A DNA stretch of 62,008 nt, the filler included. It is 6 parts of 6 records of this genome, joined end to end, with 100 filler letters (N's around TTAATTAATTAA, not from the genome) between each part and the next. Parts side by side here need not be neighbours in the genome. Positions count along the whole stretch, not along the records: positions 1 to 14,769 come from SRR2962707_3867; positions 14,870 to 22,743 come from SRR2962707_3881; 4 more parts are not named here. One strand, given 5' to 3'. Made by a program: the position numbers and the translations under genes. The notes under the pieces are model-generated. The model ran no database searches, was not told the DNA's origin, and saw only the letters and a program-made list of their open reading frames with translations. Shown here in pieces: positions 9,739 through 18,400 of this stretch (position 1 is the stretch's first letter; every line of letters starts with the position of its first letter).

Positions 9739-10946
9739 GACGGCGCTCCTGCCGCTTTTGCTTCCTTGTCGAGCGCCTCGTCGAGCTTGCCGCAAGCCGT
9801 GAGCAGCTTTTCGATCGCTTCGTCGAGATGGCTCTCGTCGATCACGAGCGGTGGCAGCAGGCGCACGACATTGTCGCCCGCGCCCACGGTCAGCATTTTC
9901 TCGTCCCGCAGTGCGGCCACGAGATCGGTGTTCGTCACCTTGCACTTGAGGCCGAGCATCAGACCCTCGCCCCGCACGCTCTCCACGATGCGCGGATAGC
10001 GATCCGCCAGCATGGCGAGCTTTTGCCGGAGCTTGAGCCCGAGCATGTTCACATGCGGCAGGAAGTTCTCGTCGAGCGCGAGGTCCATCACAGCGTTCGC
10101 GACCGCCATGGCGAGCGGGTTGCCGCCAAAGGTCGAGCCATGCGTGCCCGCCGTCATGCCGCGCGCCGCTTCTTCGGTCGCGAGGCACGCGCCGACGGGA
10201 AAGCCGCCGCCCAGCGCCTTTGCGATCGCCATGATGTCCGGCTCGATGCCCGCCAGTTCGTGCGCGAAGAGCTTGCCGGTGCGTCCCACGCCCGTCTGCA
10301 CCTCGTCCAGCACGAGAAGGATACCCTTCTCGTCGCAGAGCGCGCGGATGCGCCGCAAATCCTCGTTCGGGATCACGCGGATGCCGCCCTCGCCCTGGAT
10401 CGGCTCGATGAGGATGCCCGCCGTTGCCGGACCGATGGCGGCTTCGAGCGCCTTCAGGTCGCCGAAGGGTACCTGCGGGAAACCCGGCATCGCGGGGCCG
10501 AAGCCTTCGAGATATTTCTGCTGCCCGCCCGCCGCGATGGTCGCCAGCGTCCGTCCGTGGAACGCGCCTTCCATGGTGATGAGCTCATAGCGTTCCGGTG
10601 CGCCGCCCGCGGCATGATATTTCCGCGCCATCTTGATCGCGCATTCCAGCGCTTCCGCGCCCGAATTCGTGAAGAAGACTGTGTCGGCGAAACTCGCCTC
10701 GACGAGCCTGCGGGCGAGCTTCTCCTGACCGGGAATGCGGTAGATGTTGGAGGTGTGCCAAACCTTCGCGGCCTGTTCGGCAAGAGCATCCGTAAGATGC
10801 GGATGGGCGTGGCCGAAGGCGTTGACGGCGATGCCCGCGCCGAAGTCGAGATAGCGCTCGCCCTTCGCGGTCACGAGGTAGGGGCCTTCGCCCCGTTCGA
10901 ATTCAAGGTCGGCCCGCGCATAGGTCGGCAAAACAGGCGTAATCAC
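9735..10946 (-). CDS. argD: Acetylornithine aminotransferase
   Basis: [33 protein letters not shown]. Confidence 0.93.
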   Translation of the reverse strand: MITPVLPTYARADLEFERGEGPYLVTAKGERYLDFGAGIAVNAFGHAHPHLTDALAEQAAKVWHTSNIYRIPGQEKLARRLVEASFADTVFFTNSGAEALECAIKMARKYHAAGGAPERYELITMEGAFHGRTLATIAAGGQQKYLEGFGPAMPGFPQVPFGDLKALEAAIGPATAGILIEPIQGEGGIRVIPNEDLRRIRALCDEKGILLVLDEVQTGVGRTGKLFAHELAGIEPDIMAIAKALGGGFPVGACLATEEAARGMTAGTHGSTFGGNPLAMAVANAVMDLALDENFLPHVNMLGLKLRQKLAMLADRYPRIVESVRGEGLMLGLKCKVTNTDLVAALRDEKMLTVGAGDNVVRLLPPLVIDESHLDEAIEKLLTACGKLDEALDKEAKAAGAPS

Positions 10947-11202
10947 GGAAGTCAGTCCTTCTCACAAATCCTCTGAACGACGCTGTTCGTGGAATGGCTG
11001 GGAGACTGCCGCGGGTTTTCCATGCGGCGGGCGGGCTCCGGGCAGACCTTCGAGACAGCAGTTTCCTGCGAGGCCGGGGAACCTTTCAGGTTCCGGCCAT
11101 CCCTTGGTCAGCCTCGTCGTTTCCCGCTCAGGATCATATCGATCACATCCTTGAACCCCTTTCAGGGGCTCCCCGCCGGCTCCGCAAACCGGTCGCCCAA
11201 TA

Positions 11203-11229
11203 GAAAATGCCGCCCCGCTCGGGGCGGCA
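11203..11229 (-). terminator. Probable intrinsic terminator after the ABC permease gene
   Basis: TGCCGCCCCG-CT-CGGGGCGGCA hairpin followed by TTTT on the minus strand. Confidence 0.6.
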
Positions 11230-11305
11230 GTTCGAGAAGCAAAGGAGTATTAGGGCGAGGGGCCAAGTCTGTCAATCTTGCTCAAACAGCCCCTGTCGCC
11301 CGGTT

Positions 11306-12115
11306 TTACGCCTTCAGCCGGTAGCCCGTGCGGAAGAGCATGTGGCAGATCGTCCAGAGCACCAGATTGAAGCCGATGACGACCGCGACGCCCGTCGCAA
11401 TTGAGCCGTCGGCATGACCCGTCACGCCATAGCGGAAACCGTCGATCAGGTAGAAGACCGGGTTCCACTGCGTCGCCGCATGGGCGAGATCGGGGAGCTG
11501 GGTCACCGAGTAGAAGGTGCCGGACAGGAAGGTCAGCGGCAGGATGACGAAGTTCGTCACCGCCTGCAGGTGGTCGAACTTCTCCGACCAGATGCCGCCC
11601 AGCATCCCGAGCAGCGACAGCATGAGCGAGGCGCCGACGGCATAGAAGAGGATCGCCCAGAGATGGGCGACGCCCATATGCACGAAGGGCAGCATGGCGG
11701 CGGCCGTTACCGCGCCGCAGACGACACCGCGCGTCACGCCGGCCATCGCGATCCCGACATTGAGCTCGCCCGCCGACAAGGGCGGCATCAGCACATCGAC
11801 GATGTTGCCCTGGATTTTCGAGATCAGGATCGAGGAGGAGGTATTTGCGAAGGCGTTCTGGATCATCGTCATCATGACGAGGCCAGGCGCCAGAAACTCG
11901 ATGAAGGGCACGCCATGCACATCCGGGCGGAACTTGCCGATGGCGAGCGCGAAGATCGCCAGATAGAGAAGCGTGGTGATGACAGGCGCGGCCACCGTCT
12001 GCGTCATCACCTTCCAGAAACGCCGGACCTCCTTCAGATAGAGCGTCCAGACGCCGAGCCAGTTGATCGCGCCGAAGCGGCGCGCGCCTTCCTGCGGATA
12101 GGGGCCGAAGCTCAT
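11306..12115 (-). CDS. ABC-2 type transporter permease (YadH-like)
   Basis: LYLKEVRRF, FLAPGL, NAFANTSSS, PLTFLSGTFYS, NPVFYLIDGFRYG. Confidence 0.9.
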   Translation of the reverse strand: MSFGPYPQEGARRFGAINWLGVWTLYLKEVRRFWKVMTQTVAAPVITTLLYLAIFALAIGKFRPDVHGVPFIEFLAPGLVMMTMIQNAFANTSSSILISKIQGNIVDVLMPPLSAGELNVGIAMAGVTRGVVCGAVTAAAMLPFVHMGVAHLWAILFYAVGASLMLSLLGMLGGIWSEKFDHLQAVTNFVILPLTFLSGTFYSVTQLPDLAHAATQWNPVFYLIDGFRYGVTGHADGSIATGVAVVIGFNLVLWTICHMLFRTGYRLKA

Positions 12116-12278
12116 GGGCGTCCTCTTTAGCGGTTCTCGTGGGCGGCTGGGCAGGCATACGCCAGGCGGGAGCGGCAGGCAATGCGGCGGGTTCCTGCGC
12201 ATGTGGGTCCGCCGGGAGACGCCAGCAAGACAAAAGCCCGCCTGGATGCACGTAAATCCCCGCCAACCCGTTCTTTTC

Positions 12279-12287
12279 TGTGGATAA
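12279..12287. promoter_or_regulatory. DnaA box upstream of gcrA
   Basis: Perfect TGTGGATAA (reverse complement TTATCCACA); DnaA activates gcrA in Caulobacter. Confidence 0.7.
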
Positions 12288-12319
12288 GGGAGGCGAGGCG
12301 GGTCCCGCCGGTTGCGATT

Positions 12320-12369
12320 TTGACCCTCTATATTGTATATTTCCTCTTAACGCCTACGAAATCTAGTGG
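12320..12369 (+). promoter_or_regulatory. gcrA promoter region with tandem NrdR-like boxes and a degenerate CtrA site
   Basis: TTGACC at 12320; ACCCTCTATATTGTAT (12323-12338) and CTACGAAATCTAGTGG (12354-12369), 31 bp apart; TATA-N7-TTAAC at 12336-12351. Confidence 0.55.
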
Positions 12370-12489
12370 GGTGCCGCAGGGCTCCCCGATACCTCAGGGT
12401 GACCTAAGGGGTTTCGTGAAGGTGGACCGGCGGGGACCGGTTCGCGCATCCAACCGGGCCTCAGAGGCCTTGAAGGGGAAGAAAAGATC

Positions 12490-13008
12490 ATGTGGACCGA
12501 TGAACGCGTGGAACTGCTGAAGAAGCTCTGGGCGGAAGGCCTGAGCGCCAGCCAGGTTGCCAAGCAGCTTGGCGGCGTCACCCGCAACGCCGTGATCGGC
12601 AAGGTGCATCGCCTCGGTCTGTCCGGCCGGGCGACGCCGAGCCGCCCTGCCCGCGCGCGGCCGCAGGCGCCCCGCACGCTGGTGCGCGGCCGCCCCGATC
12701 CGCTGACCGCGGAAGCACGCAATGAAGAACGCGAAAGCAACGGCGCGGCGGAGCGGAGCGAAGCGTCCCGCGCGGAAGAGCGCGGCCTCGAGCCCGCCGA
12801 ACGCGCGACCGTTCTCACGCTGACCGAGCACACCTGCAAATGGCCAATCGGCGATCCGGGCCGCCCGGGTTTCCATTTCTGCGGCCGCGGCGCGGACCAT
12901 GGTTCGCCCTACTGCACCGACCACGCCCGCATGGCCTATCAGCCGGCGCAGGCGCGGCGGAACCGGGACCGCAACGCAGCCATCCGCAAAGACCGCCTGG
13001 TGAGCTAA
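12490..13008 (+). CDS. gcrA: Cell-cycle regulator GcrA
   Basis: MWTDERVELLKKLWAEGLSASQ...TRNAVIGKVHRLGL; CKWPIGDP..FHFCG..PYC..H. Confidence 0.97.
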   Translation: MWTDERVELLKKLWAEGLSASQVAKQLGGVTRNAVIGKVHRLGLSGRATPSRPARARPQAPRTLVRGRPDPLTAEARNEERESNGAAERSEASRAEERGLEPAERATVLTLTEHTCKWPIGDPGRPGFHFCGRGADHGSPYCTDHARMAYQPAQARRNRDRNAAIRKDRLVS

Positions 13009-13063
13009 CACCGTACCGAGCCGTTCAGAACGGGCTTTCGAACTGGTCGGGGGCTACGAGGGG

Positions 13064-13110
13064 AAAAGGAGCCGGCATTCGCGAAACGCGGGTGCCGGCT
13101 TTCTCTTTTC
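13064..13110. terminator. Bidirectional terminator between gcrA and phoB
   Basis: AAAAGG-AGCCGGCATTCGCG-AAA-CGCGGGTGCCGGCT-TTCTCTTTT between convergent genes. Confidence 0.75.
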
Positions 13111-13139
13111 GGAGGTGAGGGCCGAAGGACGGCCCGAGC

Positions 13140-13916
13140 CTAGTTGTGGAATTGTTCGTCCAGCGAGTAGCCGGCGGAGCGGACGGTGCGGATCGGATCC
13201 TTCTCGCCCTTGTCGTTCAGCGCCTTGCGCAGGCGGCCGACATGGACGTCCACCGTTCGCGCCTCGACATAGACATCCGATCCCCAGACGGCATCAAGCA
13301 ACTGTTCGCGGCTGAAGACGCGGCCCGGATGCTGGATCAGATGGTCGAGAAGGCGGTATTCCGTCGGCCCGAGATGAACCTCGCGCTCGCCCCGGCGGAC
13401 ACGATGCGCCGCCCGGTCGATCACGATGTCGCCGAAGGTCACAAGATCCTCGGTCAGCGCCGGACGGATGCGCCGCATGACGGCGCGGATGCGCGCCAGC
13501 AATTCCGTCATCGAGAAGGGCTTGGTCACGTAGTCGTCGGCGCCCGTGTCGAGGCCGCGAATACGGTCCGTTTCCTCGCCACGCGCCGTGATCATGATGA
13601 TCGGCACGTTGCGGGTTTCCGGACGGCCGCGCAGGCGGCGGCAAATCTCGATGCCGGACAGGCCCGGCAGCATCCAGTCAAGCAGGATCAGGTCCGGGGT
13701 TACTTCCCGAACCAGAAGCACTGCTTCCTCGCCGTCCGCCGCAGCGACGACCTTGTAGCCTTCCTTGTCGAGATTGTACTGAAGAAGCGTCGAAAGGGCT
13801 TCCTCATCCTCGACGATCATAACCGTCGGTTTCATTCTGCGTTCGAACTGGCTGCGCTCAAGCTGGTCATGCTCCGTGTCTTGTGGCACGGGCCGAATCT
13901 TGTCCACGTTGTCCAT
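13140..13916 (-). CDS. phoB: Phosphate regulon response regulator PhoB (alternative start 13835)
   Basis: LLDWMLP, GADDYVTKPF, HLGPTEYRLL, RTVDVHVGRLRK; follows phoU. Confidence 0.93.
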   Translation of the reverse strand: MDNVDKIRPVPQDTEHDQLERSQFERRMKPTVMIVEDEEALSTLLQYNLDKEGYKVVAAADGEEAVLLVREVTPDLILLDWMLPGLSGIEICRRLRGRPETRNVPIIMITARGEETDRIRGLDTGADDYVTKPFSMTELLARIRAVMRRIRPALTEDLVTFGDIVIDRAAHRVRRGEREVHLGPTEYRLLDHLIQHPGRVFSREQLLDAVWGSDVYVEARTVDVHVGRLRKALNDKGEKDPIRTVRSAGYSLDEQFHN

Positions 13917-13977
13917 TGAAGCCTGACCCTGTTCGCCGCGACGGGCAAGCGTTATTCCCATGGCGAAAATACCTCCT

Positions 13978-14694
13978 CTAGCTACCGGTCTTAACCTCAG
14001 TAGTGCTGGTTGTGTCGCCTTTCGGGCGCTCGTCGCTCACCCATTCGCCGGTGACGAGATAACTGACGGTTTCGGCGATGTTGGTCGCGTGATCGCCGAT
14101 CCGCTCTATGTTCTTGGCAACGAAGAGAAGATGCGTGGAAACGCCGATGGTCCGCGGATCCTCCATCATGTAGGTCAGGAGTTCGCGGAAGACGGAGTTG
14201 TACATCGCGTCGATTTCTTCGTCGTCGCGCCAGACTTCCATCGCCGCCTGCGCCTCGCGGCTCGAATAGGCGTCGAGCACATGCTTGAGCTGGCGCTGGG
14301 CAAGACGGCCCATGCGGGAAATTCCCTGAATGAGGCGGTTCGCGCCCTCGAAATCGTTCTGCAGAACAATGGCGCGCTTGGCGATGTTCTTCGCCAGGTC
14401 GCCGATGCGCTCGAGATCGATCGAGATCTTGATCGCCGCAATCGCTTCGCGCAGATCGGCCGCCATCGGCTGACGCAACGCGATCATGCGGATCGAGTGG
14501 GCTTCGATTTCGGCTTCGAGCTTGTCGATGCGCTGATCCTCAAGGATCGTGCGTTCGGCAAGCTGTGTGTCGCGGCGGACCACCGCCTCGATCGCTGCCG
14601 CCAGTTGCGCCTCCGTCAAACCACCCATCTGGGCGATATTGGCGGCAAGTGCATCCAGCTCTTCCTGGAACGATTTCACCGTATGCTGGCTCAC
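13978..14694 (-). CDS. phoU: Phosphate signalling protein PhoU
   Basis: RQPMAADLR, DLERIGD, KNIERIGDHATNIAE. Confidence 0.95.
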   Translation of the reverse strand: MSQHTVKSFQEELDALAANIAQMGGLTEAQLAAAIEAVVRRDTQLAERTILEDQRIDKLEAEIEAHSIRMIALRQPMAADLREAIAAIKISIDLERIGDLAKNIAKRAIVLQNDFEGANRLIQGISRMGRLAQRQLKHVLDAYSSREAQAAMEVWRDDEEIDAMYNSVFRELLTYMMEDPRTIGVSTHLLFVAKNIERIGDHATNIAETVSYLVTGEWVSDERPKGDTTSTTEVKTGS

Positions 14695-14740
14695 ACCGAA
14701 TTCTCCTGTTGGCCTCGTGGCGTTCGTCGGTCGATCCCGG

Positions 14741-14769
14741 TCAGCCGAAGCGGCCGGTGATGTAGTCCT
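14741..14769 (-). CDS. pstB: Phosphate ABC ATPase PstB, C-terminal fragment
   Basis: Reads DYITGRFG-stop, the PstB C-terminus, upstream of phoU. Confidence 0.85.
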
Positions 14770-14869
14770 NNNNNNNNNNNNNNNNNNNNNNNNNNNNNNN
14801 NNNNNNNNNNNNNTTAATTAATTAANNNNNNNNNNNNNNNNNNNNNNNNNNNNNNNNNNNNNNNNNNNN
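14770..14869. other. Artificial contig spacer
   Basis: N44-TTAATTAATTAA-N44; stop codons in all six frames. Confidence 0.99.
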
Positions 14870-15109
14870 CGTCAGGCGGTTTTGGTGGTTTTGGTCATGA
14901 GCGCAGCGACACCCAAGGCGGTGAGCCGGGTGGTTGCCAGATCAGCAATTTGAAAAACGCTGCGCATCAAGTGACTGCTTGTTTGGAAAAAGCAGGCGAA
15001 GTCATACTCCACTGTAGGAATTAGTCAATGGCTGGGCCCCGACAGCGACAGGGGTCACTGAAATCACTGGCCATTGCGCGTACCCGCCATCAGGGCGTAC
15101 TGCGGCGCC

Positions 15110-15526
15110 ATGCGCCTGTTTATTGTCGACACCCTCGCAACCATCATCTTTTTCACCATCATAGCGACCTTCACAGAGCTGGTCATTGCGGGCATGGCGC
15201 CGGGTCAGGTGCTGATCACCCGCGCCATCATGGTGGTGATGATGGCGTTGACAGGGCGGCTGTACGCCGTCTGGCGCGACTGGGTGTTTGCCAGGATGCT
15301 GCCACGCCGGCGGATCGGCCGGGCCGTTGTCGATGTCGTGGCCTTCATGGCTTTTCAGATGCCGCTCTACGCGGCAACGCTGGCGCTGGCCGGGGCGGAT
15401 CCGGGCAAGATCATAACCGCGCTGGGCTCGGCCACGCTGTTCATGCTGACCCTGAGCCGGCCCTTTGGGCTGTTTCTGGAGTGGGTGCGTCGCCTGACCC
15501 ATGTGGTGGTGCCCGCCCGGCGCTGA
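15110..15526 (+). CDS. alaE: L-alanine exporter AlaE family
   Basis: DTLA.IIFFT, E..IAGM, TGRLY..WRDW, D.VAF..FQ.PLYA; four transmembrane segments. Confidence 0.8.
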   Translation: MRLFIVDTLATIIFFTIIATFTELVIAGMAPGQVLITRAIMVVMMALTGRLYAVWRDWVFARMLPRRRIGRAVVDVVAFMAFQMPLYAATLALAGADPGKIITALGSATLFMLTLSRPFGLFLEWVRRLTHVVVPARR

Positions 15527-15679
15527 TCATGCCCCCCCCCTCGGCGCAGCACCAGCCTGGTTTGGCCGCTCACGGTTTGCCCTGGCGCAGCCGCAACAGC
15601 GCTGTGATCACGCTTGGTGTTGGCAGGGGCGCTGGCTTGCACTAGACCGGGCGCCACCACAGCGCACAGGACTGCCCCC

Positions 15680-16870
15680 ATGCCCCATTATGATGTCGTC
15701 ATTCTTGGCGCCGGCGCTGCCGGCATGATGGCCGCCATCGAAGCGGGACGACGCGGTCGTTCGGTTCTGGTGGTGGATCACGCCAAATATGCCGGTGAGA
15801 AAATCCGCATATCGGGCGGTGGGCGCTGCAATTTCACCAATATCAACGCCACTATCGACAAGGGACGTGACCGTTTTGTCAGCGCCAATCCGCGCTTTGC
15901 GCTGTCGGCGCTGAGCCGCTACACACCCGAGATGTTCATTGCCATGGTCAAGGATCACGGCATCAGCTTCCATGAAAAGACGCTGGGGCAATTGTTCTGC
16001 GATGGCCCAGCCACCCAGATCAACACCATGCTGCTGCATGAAATGCGCAAGGCCGGCGTCACTCTGGTGCTTGAGACCAGTGTGGAGGCGGTGGATCGGG
16101 GCACTGACGGGTTCTCCCTGCAGTTGAGTACCTCCTCGATCACTGCCGAAAGCCTGATTGTGGCCACGGGTGGCAAGTCCATTCCCAAGATGGGGGCCGG
16201 CGGTCTGGGCTATCAGCTGGCCAGCCAGTTCGGCTTGCGGCTGACTGAAACCCGACCGGGTCTGGTGCCGCTGACCTTCGAGACCGGGGCGCTGGAAAAG
16301 CTCAAGGAACTCTCGGGCATCGCCACCGATGCCATTGTCAGCCATGGCAAGACGGCGTTTGAAGAGGCTTTGCTGTTCACCCATCGCGGCCTGTCGGGGC
16401 CGGCGATCCTGCAGATTTCGTCCTATTGGCGCGAAGGCGATACCATCACGGTTGATCTGCTGCCGCATGAGGATGCAGGCGAAAAGCTGCGCGCGGCACG
16501 CAAGGCCACACCCAAGCTGCAGGTGCAGACCGTGCTGGGCAGTTTCATGCCTAAAAAGCTGGCGCAATTGCTGGGTGAGGCGCTCGATATGCCCGGCATG
16601 ATCGGAGATTTTTCCGACAAGAAGCTGGCCGTGGTCGAAGCGATTCTCAAGGCATGGACGCTCAAGCCGGTCGGCTCGGAAGGCTACCGCACCGCAGAAG
16701 TCACGCTGGGCGGTGTCGATACGCGCGATCTCGATGCCAAGACCATGGGCGCGCGCGATGTGCCGGGATTGTATTTCGTCGGTGAAGTGGTCGATGTCAC
16801 CGGCTGGCTGGGTGGCTATAACTTCCAGTGGGCCTGGGCCTCGGGCTGGGCCGCCGGGCAGGTCGCCTAG
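15680..16870 (+). CDS. NAD(P)/FAD-dependent oxidoreductase, HI0933/YhiN family
   Basis: GAGAAG, KIRISGGGRCNFTN, ATGGKSIP, FTHRGLSGP, GWLGGYNFQWAWASG. Confidence 0.93.
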   Translation: MPHYDVVILGAGAAGMMAAIEAGRRGRSVLVVDHAKYAGEKIRISGGGRCNFTNINATIDKGRDRFVSANPRFALSALSRYTPEMFIAMVKDHGISFHEKTLGQLFCDGPATQINTMLLHEMRKAGVTLVLETSVEAVDRGTDGFSLQLSTSSITAESLIVATGGKSIPKMGAGGLGYQLASQFGLRLTETRPGLVPLTFETGALEKLKELSGIATDAIVSHGKTAFEEALLFTHRGLSGPAILQISSYWREGDTITVDLLPHEDAGEKLRAARKATPKLQVQTVLGSFMPKKLAQLLGEALDMPGMIGDFSDKKLAVVEAILKAWTLKPVGSEGYRTAEVTLGGVDTRDLDAKTMGARDVPGLYFVGEVVDVTGWLGGYNFQWAWASGWAAGQVA

Positions 16871-16973
16871 AAGCGTTTCCAGCAAAAGTGGCCACGGTTT
16901 TGCGGTTCGGAAACGCGGCAAAACAAGAACGAGGGCATTTTCATCGTTTCGATGAAACGGTGATATGCCCTAG
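16867..16973. repeat. RIME/Bru-RS-like palindromic intergenic element
   Basis: CTAG..GCGTTTCCAGCAAAAGTGG..GGTTTTGC..GGAAACGC..AAAACAAGA plus a second hairpin ending in CTAG; resembles Rhizobiales intergenic mosaic repeats. Confidence 0.7.
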
Positions 16974-17533
16974 AAGCGGAAGCCCAGACGTACGCCGATA
17001 TTGGTATTGGCGCGGGCCGGGGTGCCACAAGCGCCGAAATCGGGCAGGTGTTCCACTGTGCCGATCAGCGATGTGCCCGCGGGCAGGTTGACGCCCACAC
17101 TGGCGGCGACACGCCCGCCCACACTGCAGCCGAAATTGCGTGCGGGGTCGCCTTGGGGCGCGCTGAGCAGGCTGGTATTGGCAACACCACCCAGGCTGGC
17201 TTCAACAAAGACGGGAATGACCGGGGCCTGCAGGGTCCAGCTCAAACCGGCATAGCCATAGGATGGCTGGCCGCGAAAACTCAGCGTGGCACCCAGATGC
17301 GGGCGTAACTCGCCCAGCGGCATCCAGGCGTTCAGGTCGGGCGCGGTAAACAGCAATTCGACATTGGCATCGCTGATGGAATTGGGGTCGAGCAGATCGG
17401 CGCTGTCGCCGATACCGCGGGCGGTCAGACCACCGCGGATTTCGGGCAGGATATTGACCTGGGCCATGGCCGGCAGGGTCACCGCGCCCAGGGTCAGCGC
17501 GACCAGCAGGAACTGGGTGGCAGTGCGGATCAT
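16970..17533 (-). CDS. PagL-like (acyloxyacyl hydrolase) beta-barrel with degenerate active site
   Basis: Signal peptide, RPHLGAT, YAGLSW, FGC, C-terminal GVRLGFRF; EHLPD in place of H-x-S-N. Confidence 0.75.
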   Translation of the reverse strand: MIRTATQFLLVALTLGAVTLPAMAQVNILPEIRGGLTARGIGDSADLLDPNSISDANVELLFTAPDLNAWMPLGELRPHLGATLSFRGQPSYGYAGLSWTLQAPVIPVFVEASLGGVANTSLLSAPQGDPARNFGCSVGGRVAASVGVNLPAGTSLIGTVEHLPDFGACGTPARANTNIGVRLGFRF

Positions 17534-17606
17534 GGCGAATTCCCCCGGTTAAAGGGTAATAGGGCCGCTCATGGCCGAGATAGGCAAGATTTGAGTAAAA
17601 TTGTCG

Positions 17607-17621
17607 CTAAGGGTTCGTTAA
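17607..17621. promoter_or_regulatory. Possible CtrA box
   Basis: CTAA-GGGTTCG-TTAA, one mismatch to TTAA-N7-TTAA, upstream of the second PagL-like gene. Confidence 0.4.
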
Positions 17622-17636
17622 CGCCGCGAACCGTTG

Positions 17637-18233
17637 CTAGAACTTCCAGCCGACGCGAACACCAACATTGGACAGGCCCTGATTCATGTCGCACCAGCCA
17701 TTATTGGAAGTGTGCTCATAGGTCAGTGTGGCCGTCACGCTGTCGCTGAGATGGGCGCCCACGCCGTAGCGTTCGTAGAAATTGAGGCGACAGCCAAAAT
17801 TGGCATAGCGCGTGGGGTCGGGCGAATTGGTCAGATAGCCATTGTGCACGGCACCACCAAAAGCACCCTCGAGATAGAACGGGGTATCGAAGATGGGCAA
17901 CTGCCAGGTCAGGCTGAGATGGAGCAGGCTGTCCTGACCATCCAGGTTGAGCGTGACGCCCAGATCGGGTCGTGGGGAGCCGATCCAGCGGAACGCTTCG
18001 ATATCGGGCGATTTGAACAGGACGTCAAAGCTGATGTCTTCGATCTGGTCGAGCTTGTATTCCCACGGCTTGGCAAACAGGATGTAGCTGACATCATGGG
18101 CGTGGATGCCGAAGCGCAATTCGTCGACAATATCGGCAAAGGGTTGCGGCGTGGTCAGGCTCTGGGCCTGCGCAACTGCACTGCACAGGGTCGAGGCGGC
18201 GATGGCAAAAGCGGCGATATGCAGTTTCGTCAC
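17637..18233 (-). CDS. PagL-like lipid A 3-O-deacylase / acyloxyacyl hydrolase
   Basis: Signal peptide, PRPDLG, FGCR, YEHTSN catalytic motif, C-terminal GVRVGWKF; GTG start after GAGGA. Confidence 0.8.
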   Translation of the reverse strand: MTKLHIAAFAIAASTLCSAVAQAQSLTTPQPFADIVDELRFGIHAHDVSYILFAKPWEYKLDQIEDISFDVLFKSPDIEAFRWIGSPRPDLGVTLNLDGQDSLLHLSLTWQLPIFDTPFYLEGAFGGAVHNGYLTNSPDPTRYANFGCRLNFYERYGVGAHLSDSVTATLTYEHTSNNGWCDMNQGLSNVGVRVGWKF

Positions 18234-18400
18234 GGCGTCTTCCTCGTTGATGGACACAGTAAAAGACGCAGTCTGGCTATCGAGTCAACGCAAGGGGATG
18301 AAATCGCCCCATAAAGTGACCATGTGTCGGACAGGTGACTCGCTTTCATCGTAATTTGACGATAGAAGACGCGCACATCCTCCAAACCCATGTGATTGCC

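Noticed and set aside
9739-10188. 149-aa N-terminal extension of argF in the ORF track
   Set aside because: Lies out of frame within argD; the true start is the ATGA-coupled ATG at 9738
11306-14769. gcrA next to argD, the ABC permease and the pho genes as a novel cluster
   Set aside because: Commonly seen alphaproteobacterial synteny
14814-14825. Recurrent TTAATTAATTAA as a biological repeat or CtrA site
   Set aside because: Assembly linker embedded in N runs
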